Of a stretch of 28,140 bases of DNA, positions 17,935 to 25,421 are shown piece by piece. A program made the translations under genes and the position numbers. The stretch spans positions 1 through 28,140 of the IMG/VR virus record IMGVR_UViG_3300025277_000115; one strand, 5' to 3'. The notes beneath the pieces were generated by a model. That model was not told where the DNA came from and searched no databases. It saw nothing but the letters and a program-made list of their open reading frames with translations. Within the stretch, counting starts at the first letter, position 1. Every line of letters starts with the position of its first letter. Origin of the DNA: a virus. Lineage: Duplodnaviria; Caudoviricetes.

Positions 17935-20785
17935 CTACGCCTAGCTGTCCTAGTGTGGCGTCCTGTGCAGTCACAGGCGTATCCTCTAGGTAGCCTCTAA
18001 AGATATCGCAGTTGAGGTTTACACCGAGTACGTTCTGTTGCCCCGCCTTGAGTGCAGTGTCCCTACCCATCCAGAAACGACCACTAGCGGGCGTGGCATC
18101 TATACCCTCGGTTTTGATTTCCCTTTTCAACGTGCTGTAGTCATAGCCCTTGGATGATACCCACTTCTTGAACAGCCGTGATACCAACATGACTGTGCCA
18201 CGATCAAATTTCTGATTAGTATCCTTACGGTATTTGTCGAAGCGTATGCTGATCTGGCTACGGGGTATGCGGGTCTGATCCATAGTAGAGGGTATACCGT
18301 CAGTGTGCATGACTACCAAGGCTTCGTGGGCCTTCTCGTTTATATACTCATGAATTAACTTAAAGGCATCTGTTACGTTGTCCTTCACGCTACGGCGCAG
18401 TGTGTCTAACTGGTCTACGCCCCATTGCACACCTATCTCAGGGTCGAAGTTAATTAGTCCGTCCTCGTGGGCTATGTGGAGCGCAACGTCAAGGAGGACG
18501 AGGTCTGTTTCCCAGAAGCGTTCCGCACCTGTGAATGTGCATCCGTAGCGGTCGGAGAATGTAGCCGCGCTCTCTGCAATAAGTTCCCGTAAGCGTGTCT
18601 CCCCCCGTCTCAGGAGCGCCTTAATAAATTCCTCACCTACGACACCGTAGTTATGCATGAGGAATTTAATGATGGTGCGCCCTGCGGTACTGCTGTCATC
18701 GAACATCTTGTGCATGGGCATCTGAACTTCAAGGAGCCTAGCCATCTGTGCATCAGTCTCAAGACCAGACGCTGCCAGCTTGGAGATGAAGGATACGTTG
18801 GTGGATACCACTACGCAGGTAGCCCACTCCTTGGTCTCGCGTTCCTCAATGGTGCGGGTCAGTCGCTTCTTGTCCTCACCCTGTGTGACCATGTAACAGA
18901 ACTCACCTATGTGTTTGTCCTCCATCATACCTGCTTCGTCGATGGTCATAGGTAGGTGACAGTACATCCCCAACCTGTTGAACAGAGCGTTCTGTGTGAA
19001 CTTGGCGGCGATATGTAGCTTGTCAGGGTTACCCCAAACGGACTGCATCCATAGCTGGGCCAGTGTTTTACCCGCGCCTGTGTCGCCAAAGAGGGACATA
19101 GTGATGCCCTTGAGGCCCGACAAGGCCCATAGAGGGCCACTGAAAGCATGGCCTAGGGCAAACATATGCGAGGAGAGACCGGCCTTCTGGAGCAATCCTG
19201 TGGCCTCTACCCACTCACTTAAGTTACCCTTGTGTGCGTACAACGTGTTGCCCAGACGGTTGGTGTTCGATGTGAGGGATATGTCATCGGTTACAACAGT
19301 GCCGTCACGCTCACGCTTGTATAGCTTGTCGCCTATAACGAACTGAGTGAAGTTCTCTTTCCACCCCATCGAATTGTGGATGTTCGTCATCGTTTTGGTC
19401 TTGCGAAGCTCCTCCATGTATGACCGCAACATAACTTGAAAATCCTTTATCTGCTTGTCTCCCCTCAACACGATGCCTTGATCGGCTATGGCCGTAGGAA
19501 ACTCACGGCTCCCATAGTTAAGGTATGCTTGACGGAACACTAGGTCTTGCCAGCCAACGTGTCTACGCTTCCACTTGAACCGGACAGTCTCATACCCGAG
19601 GGACTCATCTCTGCCGTAGCCCACTGGGTACATATCAAAGGGGCATACAGTGACGTATACTCCATCTACCTGATGCACTATGGCTGGCTGGCCTTTCTTG
19701 CTCACCCTCTCGTAGGGCCAAGGCACTTCAACATCATGGGCCACCTCGTCCGGTGCATCGGAACTGACCGCAACCTTCTCGTAATGTACACCCAGTTGGG
19801 CGGGGCTGGCGATGTTCCCCTTGTGTTTACACTTACCGCATCCCTTGGGCCTGTCTCCTTCTATCTTGGTACAGGTGGCTGGCCCCGTGGTGTTCGCTAC
19901 CCAGTGGGCCATTTTCTTGAGAGTGGCAGCTTCGTTATACTCGGGGTGTTTCATACTCCATAATTTGGCGGTGTCTTCTGGGTTGACGCAGTGCGCGGCT
20001 ACCCCCAACATGTCGTACCACAATGGCTCGGGTACATCTTTCTGGTTTTCGGTAATCCATTTAAGCTGACGGCATCCATCTAGAATCAGATTAGGCAGGG
20101 CGGGGGTGAAGTCGGTACTTAGGGCATCTCCTAACCCGGTGTCCTTGTGTACAGGGATGACCGGTTCTGTCTCCCCTGTAGGCTTAACGTAGCCCAAGAT
20201 GTTCTGGAGCGTTTGTTGGTCTGTCGGCTCAGCTTTCATCCAGACAACAACCTCTTTCCCATTCTTCGGGTTATGTGTCTCGACGGGGCGTAGTACTCTT
20301 GCACTGTCAGCGGTGATCGCTGGGTCCACCTCGAATTGGTGGGTAACACAGGCTTCTTTTAGCGCGTTGGCCAGCGGCAACCAGTCTACCGGGGGCAGAG
20401 CCTCTTTTAACACCCAGTAGACATGGAGCCCCCGCCCAGACGATACGATCATCGGTGCTGGTAAACCCGTGTCTTGTATGAATTTTAGTAGGGCGGCGAG
20501 CCCCTTTTTTTGATTTGCGTATGGCTTGTCGTCGCCACAATCAACATCAAGGAATAAAGTATTTGTTAAGCATACATTATCTTGTTTGCGCTTGCCCTTT
20601 GTATTGAATGAGGACACTGCGTAGTAGACGTTGTTGCCGTTCTTGTCTGCCATCAGGCAGTAGTTAGCGAGTTCTTCCACTGTAGGAAAAAAGGCTTGTT
20701 GGGGTGCGCCCCCTTCATTTATTATTATTGATACATAGAAACCTTTATCTGGAAGAACACGCTTAAGAAATGTAAGCGAGTTCAT
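17912..20785 (-). CDS. DNA primase-helicase: AEP/RepB-like primase, Cys cluster, DUF927-type AAA+ helicase
   Basis: FLDVDCG, SSGRGLHVYW, DSARVLRP primase motifs; EPLWY and TC...GCGKC; Walker A GDTGAGKT and Walker B MTIDE. ATG 20785 is preferred over 20845 because the longer version runs through a hairpin. Confidence 0.88.
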   Translation of the reverse strand: MNSLTFLKRVLPDKGFYVSIIINEGGAPQQAFFPTVEELANYCLMADKNGNNVYYAVSSFNTKGKRKQDNVCLTNTLFLDVDCGDDKPYANQKKGLAALLKFIQDTGLPAPMIVSSGRGLHVYWVLKEALPPVDWLPLANALKEACVTHQFEVDPAITADSARVLRPVETHNPKNGKEVVVWMKAEPTDQQTLQNILGYVKPTGETEPVIPVHKDTGLGDALSTDFTPALPNLILDGCRQLKWITENQKDVPEPLWYDMLGVAAHCVNPEDTAKLWSMKHPEYNEAATLKKMAHWVANTTGPATCTKIEGDRPKGCGKCKHKGNIASPAQLGVHYEKVAVSSDAPDEVAHDVEVPWPYERVSKKGQPAIVHQVDGVYVTVCPFDMYPVGYGRDESLGYETVRFKWKRRHVGWQDLVFRQAYLNYGSREFPTAIADQGIVLRGDKQIKDFQVMLRSYMEELRKTKTMTNIHNSMGWKENFTQFVIGDKLYKRERDGTVVTDDISLTSNTNRLGNTLYAHKGNLSEWVEATGLLQKAGLSSHMFALGHAFSGPLWALSGLKGITMSLFGDTGAGKTLAQLWMQSVWGNPDKLHIAAKFTQNALFNRLGMYCHLPMTIDEAGMMEDKHIGEFCYMVTQGEDKKRLTRTIEERETKEWATCVVVSTNVSFISKLAASGLETDAQMARLLEVQMPMHKMFDDSSTAGRTIIKFLMHNYGVVGEEFIKALLRRGETRLRELIAESAATFSDRYGCTFTGAERFWETDLVLLDVALHIAHEDGLINFDPEIGVQWGVDQLDTLRRSVKDNVTDAFKLIHEYINEKAHEALVVMHTDGIPSTMDQTRIPRSQISIRFDKYRKDTNQKFDRGTVMLVSRLFKKWVSSKGYDYSTLKREIKTEGIDATPASGRFWMGRDTALKAGQQNVLGVNLNCDIFRGYLEDTPVTAQDATLGQLGVATQSPDP

Positions 20786-20807
20786 GTTGTTAGCCTTAGC
20801 CCCAGTT

Positions 20808-20838
20808 AATTGGAAAGGGGAGCGGCGAACCACTCCCC
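20808..20838 (-). terminator. Intrinsic terminator-like hairpin between the HTH gene and the primase gene
   Basis: Minus strand GGGGAGUGG-UUCG-CCGCUCCCC (9-bp stem with one U-G pair, UUCG loop) followed by UUUCCAAUU. Fully paired only on the minus strand. Confidence 0.7.
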
Positions 20839-20851
20839 CGTCCAATGTATG

Positions 20852-21139
20852 TTACTCGTCTTCTTTCATCAATTCAATAAGTGAATTGAATCGTTGTGGG
20901 GAAGACATAGCGATAACCTCTGGTGATGGCCATTCCTGCTCAGTCATTACTCCCATCATTTTTTTGAGCAGCTTCCGCACCTTCTCATCGTTCTTTTTCC
21001 GGATGGGTTTTCCTCCAACCCATCCGGTGTAGGTTACACGCGACACACCCAGCACTTTAGCCATCTGTGTCGCAGTGAGAAGCATATGCTTCCGCAGAGC
21101 TTCTACTTTTACGAAGAAATCCGGGGTTGCATCAGGCAT
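20852..21139 (-). CDS. XRE/Cro-like helix-turn-helix transcriptional regulator
   Basis: VEALRKHMLLTATQMAKVLGVSRVTYTGWVGG matches the XRE HTH pattern. 95 aa. Confidence 0.85.
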   Translation of the reverse strand: MPDATPDFFVKVEALRKHMLLTATQMAKVLGVSRVTYTGWVGGKPIRKKNDEKVRKLLKKMMGVMTEQEWPSPEVIAMSSPQRFNSLIELMKEDE

Positions 21140-22118
21140 CGTCAGCTACCTCCTGCATAAGTTGGGTAATCTCAGCCGCCAACCCTTCGGTTCCCTCGGC
21201 AACAGGGGCCGCTACAGGTTCTTCAGCAGGAGCCGCTGCTTCTTTTGGTGCTTCTGCGCCTGCTACGACAGTCGCTGCTCCGAACCCTGTTGTCTTTTTC
21301 TCCTCAACAGGTTCTGGAGCTGGTGTCACAGGTATCATCACCGGGGCTGGTTTCTTAACCACAGGTGGTGCTGTAGTAGCTGTTACGGCATCTACCTTTA
21401 ATGTACTCATGGTGGTTGCTTCACCTGTGATCTGCTTAATAATGTCGGACTTGAACAGTGGGTCCACTAGCTTCTGGGTATCTTCATCCAGAAGCCCACT
21501 GAACTTGAACTTGAGCTTAGGGTAAGACGCCTCAGTGTCGAACAACACAGTGGTACGTACACATTCAGTCGGAATTTTACGCATCTTAAGGCCAGCTTGG
21601 TATGCACTAAGCCCCTTGAGTGCCGATGCTGTGACTTCCAGTAAGTAGATAGGGCCGCTAACGTCATCAGCAGATACAACAGCCAGCCGCTTCTTATCGG
21701 CACAGGCTTTAACCTTCGTACCCTGTGGGGTGATACGGCTACCCCATGCGTTCTGCGGGCAACCAGCACATAGATCGTTCTGTGGCTGAGTGCTGTCCGG
21801 GTGTGGTTTGTCTCCCTCCAATGAGTAGCAATCAGGAGCAGACGGTTCCGCGTCAGGATTCCACGCTGTGGCGTACCACGCTTTGGATAAGCCGGGGTTG
21901 GCCCCTACTACAACAACTTCCAGAGCTGTTGTATCCAATACGGACTCAGCTCCACCGTCGATCAACCGGAAGCGGGAGCCTTTGATTGAGATACGGGGGA
22001 ACTCTGCCCCGCTACTTAACCCGCCACCAATGGCGTCACCTAGGGCAGACGGCTGGCCGATACGGTCAGCAAGGTGAGCGGGAATTTTGAGGTCTGTTGG
22101 TATGATATCACTAGCCAT
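21132..22118 (-). CDS. Putative single-stranded DNA-binding protein with Zn-binding Cys cluster
   Basis: 328 aa. FPRISIKGSRF, PDCYS, CAGCPQNAWGS, KAC; Pro/Ala/Glu-rich flexible region and acidic C-terminus (EVADDA); replication-module context. Confidence 0.6.
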   Translation of the reverse strand: MASDIIPTDLKIPAHLADRIGQPSALGDAIGGGLSSGAEFPRISIKGSRFRLIDGGAESVLDTTALEVVVVGANPGLSKAWYATAWNPDAEPSAPDCYSLEGDKPHPDSTQPQNDLCAGCPQNAWGSRITPQGTKVKACADKKRLAVVSADDVSGPIYLLEVTASALKGLSAYQAGLKMRKIPTECVRTTVLFDTEASYPKLKFKFSGLLDEDTQKLVDPLFKSDIIKQITGEATTMSTLKVDAVTATTAPPVVKKPAPVMIPVTPAPEPVEEKKTTGFGAATVVAGAEAPKEAAAPAEEPVAAPVAEGTEGLAAEITQLMQEVADDA

Positions 22119-22360
22119 TACTTTTTCTTCCTTCTATCCATTTCTTTTTGTGTAAACATCTCTCCCTGCTTGGGTTCGATGTCCAGTTTGTGCCGCGCTT
22201 GTACGGCGATGATTTCTTCTGCGATAGCTATTTCTGTCTTGGCGTAGGTAATTTTAGGTTCCTTATCTACGCTATATTCCGGTGATGTGATTAGTAGGTA
22301 GCCGTTACTGATTGGCAGTACCTGCATCATCGGTGTAATATGTTCCAGAAAGACGGTCAT
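22118..22360 (-). CDS. Hypothetical protein (80 aa)
   Basis: TAATG overlaps with both neighbours. Confidence 0.75.
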   Translation of the reverse strand: MTVFLEHITPMMQVLPISNGYLLITSPEYSVDKEPKITYAKTEIAIAEEIIAVQARHKLDIEPKQGEMFTQKEMDRRKKK

Positions 22361-22761
22361 TATGCCTTCTTAACGGGCCTTCGTACCGATACTCCTATCC
22401 TAGTCCCAAAGTTCACGCCGTCTGGGACGGTCTTGTTCGCGTCGATATACCCACGGACTGATCTCTTGTTCACACCCCTAGTCAGCATATCCCACGCCTC
22501 GTTCTCCTTAACGAAAGCTAATACTGCGTCCCAGTTAGCCACACTAGCGTAGTCACTGGTGGTAAGGAATGCAGTGCCGTGATCAGTCTTGAAAGACTTC
22601 ACGCCTGTCTCATCTGACTTAGCTTGTATCCACGCTTCCAGCTTGAGCATCTTCTCCTTGATACCAACTACTATCTCCTTGGTATCGGCTTCAATAATCT
22701 CTTTCCGGTTACGTAATGTAATGTATGCTTCCACCACATCACCAACAGTTGGTTCAGCCAT
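22360..22761 (-). CDS. Phage replication-module protein (133 aa, N-terminal coiled coil; loosely Gam/Gp157-like)
   Basis: AAGGAGA RBS before ATG 22761. YITLRNRKE coiled coil, GVKSFKTDHGTAF, VANWDAVLAFV, VPDGV. Confidence 0.7.
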   Translation of the reverse strand: MAEPTVGDVVEAYITLRNRKEIIEADTKEIVVGIKEKMLKLEAWIQAKSDETGVKSFKTDHGTAFLTTSDYASVANWDAVLAFVKENEAWDMLTRGVNKRSVRGYIDANKTVPDGVNFGTRIGVSVRRPVKKA

Positions 22762-22873
22762 TGAATATCTCCTTGTAGATAGCCTCAACGATCTCAACAA
22801 ACTCCTCTTGGGAGTAGCGTTTAATGCTGATCTCGCTAACCAGTTGTTTGAATAGTTTAACTTCCTTAGTCAT
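22754..22873 (-). CDS. 39-aa hypothetical protein (not in ORF track)
   Basis: AGGAGGAG upstream of ATG 22873. Translation MTKEVKLFKQLVSEISIKRYSQEEFVEIVEAIYKEIFNG. Overlaps the helicase stop and the next start by 8 nt each. Confidence 0.7.
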   Translation of the reverse strand: MTKEVKLFKQLVSEISIKRYSQEEFVEIVEAIYKEIFNG

Positions 22874-24419
22874 CCATCTCCTCCTGTATAAGATCAAGCA
22901 GTAGCCCTTGTAACTTCTGCTTCAATTCTAGTCTTGCGTACATCTTACGCTCCAACACTGTCCCTTCTATGTGGACTATGTTAGAGGCGTGGTGCTTGCC
23001 TATACGCTCTATCCGCCCATTCGCCTGTACGTACTGCTCATTAGAAGTTATCGGGCCGTACCATACTATGGTCGAGGCGGCGGTGAGGGTCAGGCCATGC
23101 GCCATTGTTGCGGGGTGGGCTATAATAATGCGCGGGTTAACTTCGTTTTGGAAGTCATGGAAGATAATATTACGCTTCCGGGTAGGCACTGCGCCGTTGA
23201 CGATAGCCACTGTCCATCTCTTCGAGAGTTCGCGCTCAAGCATCTTGAGCGTCCCTGTGAGGGGGACAAAGACAATCACCTTGCCCCCAACTTCTTCTAT
23301 AACCTCGCGCACAGCATCGACTCGTGGTTTGCAGGCTAATTCTACGTCCTCGCCCTTATCGTTGTAGGCTACGCCACAAGCTATCTGTACCAGTTTCTGT
23401 ATCTTGACTGCCTCATTGACGGCAGTAATTTGTTCGCCGCCAGCAACATCAGTGATGAAGTGCTTCATCATCTTGTCATAGTGTTTGCGTTGCTCAGTAG
23501 TTAACTGAACCTCGCGTGTTTGGTAGACAGTAGGCGGAAGATCGAAACACTCATCCCGTTTATATCGTACTGAAGGTTGTAGAACATGTTTCACAGTATC
23601 CAGCGCACTGGGTCTCGGGATATAGGTGTACTGCCCGAACCTCTCCATTGTCTGGTCACGGAAGGCAGTGAATGTGCGGGGGGCGTATGGACTATCCACT
23701 AGCTTGGCCAGAGCCCATGCGTCAGTAGGTAAATTAGGGGTGGGCGTACCTGTCATGAGCCACAACCTCATGTCGGGGTGCATACTCATCCACTTACGGA
23801 ATAAACGAAACTTGTTAGTAGAAGGATTGCGATACACAGCCGCCTCGTCTACGATTACAAGGTCGAACATATCAACAGCGTCATCACATATAATGCCGAA
23901 GCCATCGTGGTTGACGATGTAGAAATCTACGTCTGTTTTTAATAATTTAAGCCGCCGCTTAGATGTACCGTATAGCGTTACAGATGTCCTATGAACAAAC
24001 TCTTTAAATATCGCATCCCCCCAAACACGTTCTAGAGTAGATAGCGGGGAGATAATTAATACTTTCTTAATTACGTCTGCCTTCATTAGGTAGTCGGCAG
24101 ACCACAAAGCAGAATATGTCTTACCCGTTCCGATTTCATTAAGAACTATAGCCTTCTCATTCATGGTGAGAAAAGCGGAAGTCAGGCGTTGGTGATGATA
24201 GGGTGTAAACTCCCCCGACCAATCGTAGTAGTGAAGGATAGGGGCGGGGGCTTTGATACCAAGGTTGCGTAGGATACGCACCTCATCAGACTTGTGGGGC
24301 ACTGCGGTAAAGGTAGACCCGTTCACTGTAACTTGTTGTGCAGTGGGGATACATTCAAGTACGCGTGCTGGGTTGTTCAGCTTGAGGGCTATGGCTTTGG
24401 CTTGTTCAAGCACTAGCAT
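22866..24419 (-). CDS. SNF2-family (SF2) helicase/ATPase
   Basis: NEIGTGKT (I), IVDEAA (II), LMTGTP (III), HGLTLT (V), QANGRIERIG (VI). Confidence 0.93.
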   Translation of the reverse strand: MLVLEQAKAIALKLNNPARVLECIPTAQQVTVNGSTFTAVPHKSDEVRILRNLGIKAPAPILHYYDWSGEFTPYHHQRLTSAFLTMNEKAIVLNEIGTGKTYSALWSADYLMKADVIKKVLIISPLSTLERVWGDAIFKEFVHRTSVTLYGTSKRRLKLLKTDVDFYIVNHDGFGIICDDAVDMFDLVIVDEAAVYRNPSTNKFRLFRKWMSMHPDMRLWLMTGTPTPNLPTDAWALAKLVDSPYAPRTFTAFRDQTMERFGQYTYIPRPSALDTVKHVLQPSVRYKRDECFDLPPTVYQTREVQLTTEQRKHYDKMMKHFITDVAGGEQITAVNEAVKIQKLVQIACGVAYNDKGEDVELACKPRVDAVREVIEEVGGKVIVFVPLTGTLKMLERELSKRWTVAIVNGAVPTRKRNIIFHDFQNEVNPRIIIAHPATMAHGLTLTAASTIVWYGPITSNEQYVQANGRIERIGKHHASNIVHIEGTVLERKMYARLELKQKLQGLLLDLIQEEMDD

Positions 24420-24735
24420 GGAGCCGTCCTTCGATAGCCTTATTAATAAATTTTTCTACTTCTGCGATGCTTTCCACATCATGCACTAGAAAGAATCTAC
24501 CTCCTGCTTTTTCTATCTTCTCGCTGCATTGTTGTTGCAAGGCAGTCATAGGTCTCTTGCTATTCGCTTTGACTTCGATACCTATGAACACGCCACAAGC
24601 ACATACAATACGATCAGGTACACCAGACCGCCCAAAAGGGCCAGCTTGCGGGGAGAAGTACCAGACACCACGGTTCTTCTTAAGTTTGAGCATGGTGTCT
24701 AGTTTCTTTTTGATTTTTCCTTCGGGCGTAGTCAT
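24406..24735 (-). CDS. VRR-NUC domain nuclease (Holliday junction resolvase-like)
   Basis: TPEGKIK...GRSGVPDRI...FIGIEVKA...TALQ, the PD-(D/E)XK VRR-NUC pattern. Confidence 0.9.
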   Translation of the reverse strand: MTTPEGKIKKKLDTMLKLKKNRGVWYFSPQAGPFGRSGVPDRIVCACGVFIGIEVKANSKRPMTALQQQCSEKIEKAGGRFFLVHDVESIAEVEKFINKAIEGRLHASA

Positions 24736-24741
24736 GGCGTT

Positions 24742-24769
24742 ATAATATATAACCTTACAGGGGTGTCAA
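24742..24769 (-). promoter_or_regulatory. Sigma70-type promoter with overlapping 15-bp palindrome
   Basis: Minus strand TTGACA (24769-24764), 16-nt spacer, TATTAT (24747-24742), within a 35-bp intergenic gap. Palindrome GTTATA-ATA-TATAAC at 24739-24753. Confidence 0.75.
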
Positions 24770-24770
24770 G

Positions 24771-25421
24771 TTAAATTCTTGCAAATTCGCAAATATGTTT
24801 GGCAGGACACCAAGGACATAGCCCACTTGGTTTAGCTGGCCAGTTAGATGCCTCCGCGGCGGCCTCTATACGTTGCACCCTTGCGAAGAACTTGTTCCAC
24901 AACGCTGGCTCTTGTTTTTTCCGGTAAGTTTTACTATCCAGTTTCATATCTTTGAGCCAGATAAAAGAAGCCTTAATCTTCTGCACGCTGGGATAGTGTT
25001 TGAAAACTTGTAACACGAACAATTCCAGTTGAAAGAAATCAGGACGATACTTACCTGTTTTCCAATCTCCTATTCCTGCTGTGGTGCCGTTAAGTTTTAG
25101 AACATCTAGTTTAGATCGTAGCCAAGCGTCATCATCCCACCAACCTGTCGGAACCAAATCTTTGTTGAGGCATAGTTCCTGTTCTACAAGTAGTTCGCCA
25201 TCACCAGACTCAAAAGCTTGGCATAGTTCTTCATACTTTACAGTTTCAGGGGTTAACTCCCCACCCTTCAAGCGTTGCTCAAGTTGTTCGTGTACACGTT
25301 CACCATATATACTAGCTTCATTTGATGAAGGCTTTACTTCCTTGGTGATACGTTGCATGTGGTACTGCTTGGGGCAGTTGTCGAATTGCTTGAGCGCAGA
25401 GTAGGAGTGAGTAAGTTTCAT
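24771..25421 (-). CDS. Cas4/RecB-like PD-(D/E)XK exonuclease with Fe-S cysteines
   Basis: SYSALKQFDNCP, GERVHEQLE, KLDVL, DWKTGK, QLELF and C-terminal CPWCPAKHIC (1+3 Cys arrangement). Confidence 0.9.
   Translation of the reverse strand: MKLTHSYSALKQFDNCPKQYHMQRITKEVKPSSNEASIYGERVHEQLEQRLKGGELTPETVKYEELCQAFESGDGELLVEQELCLNKDLVPTGWWDDDAWLRSKLDVLKLNGTTAGIGDWKTGKYRPDFFQLELFVLQVFKHYPSVQKIKASFIWLKDMKLDSKTYRKKQEPALWNKFFARVQRIEAAAEASNWPAKPSGLCPWCPAKHICEFARI

Noticed and set aside
20786-20845. Longer primase start at 20845
   Set aside because: The extension runs through the terminator-like hairpin and uses a non-ATG start. ATG 20785 has a plausible RBS.
24741-24746. Perfect TATAAT on the + strand as an antisense promoter
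   Set aside because: No matching -35 or extended -10 TG upstream. It is explained by the palindrome overlapping the minus-strand promoter.
24771-25421. Cas4-like gene as evidence of a CRISPR system
   Set aside because: No repeat-spacer array or other cas genes. Solo Cas4-like nucleases are common in phage replication modules.
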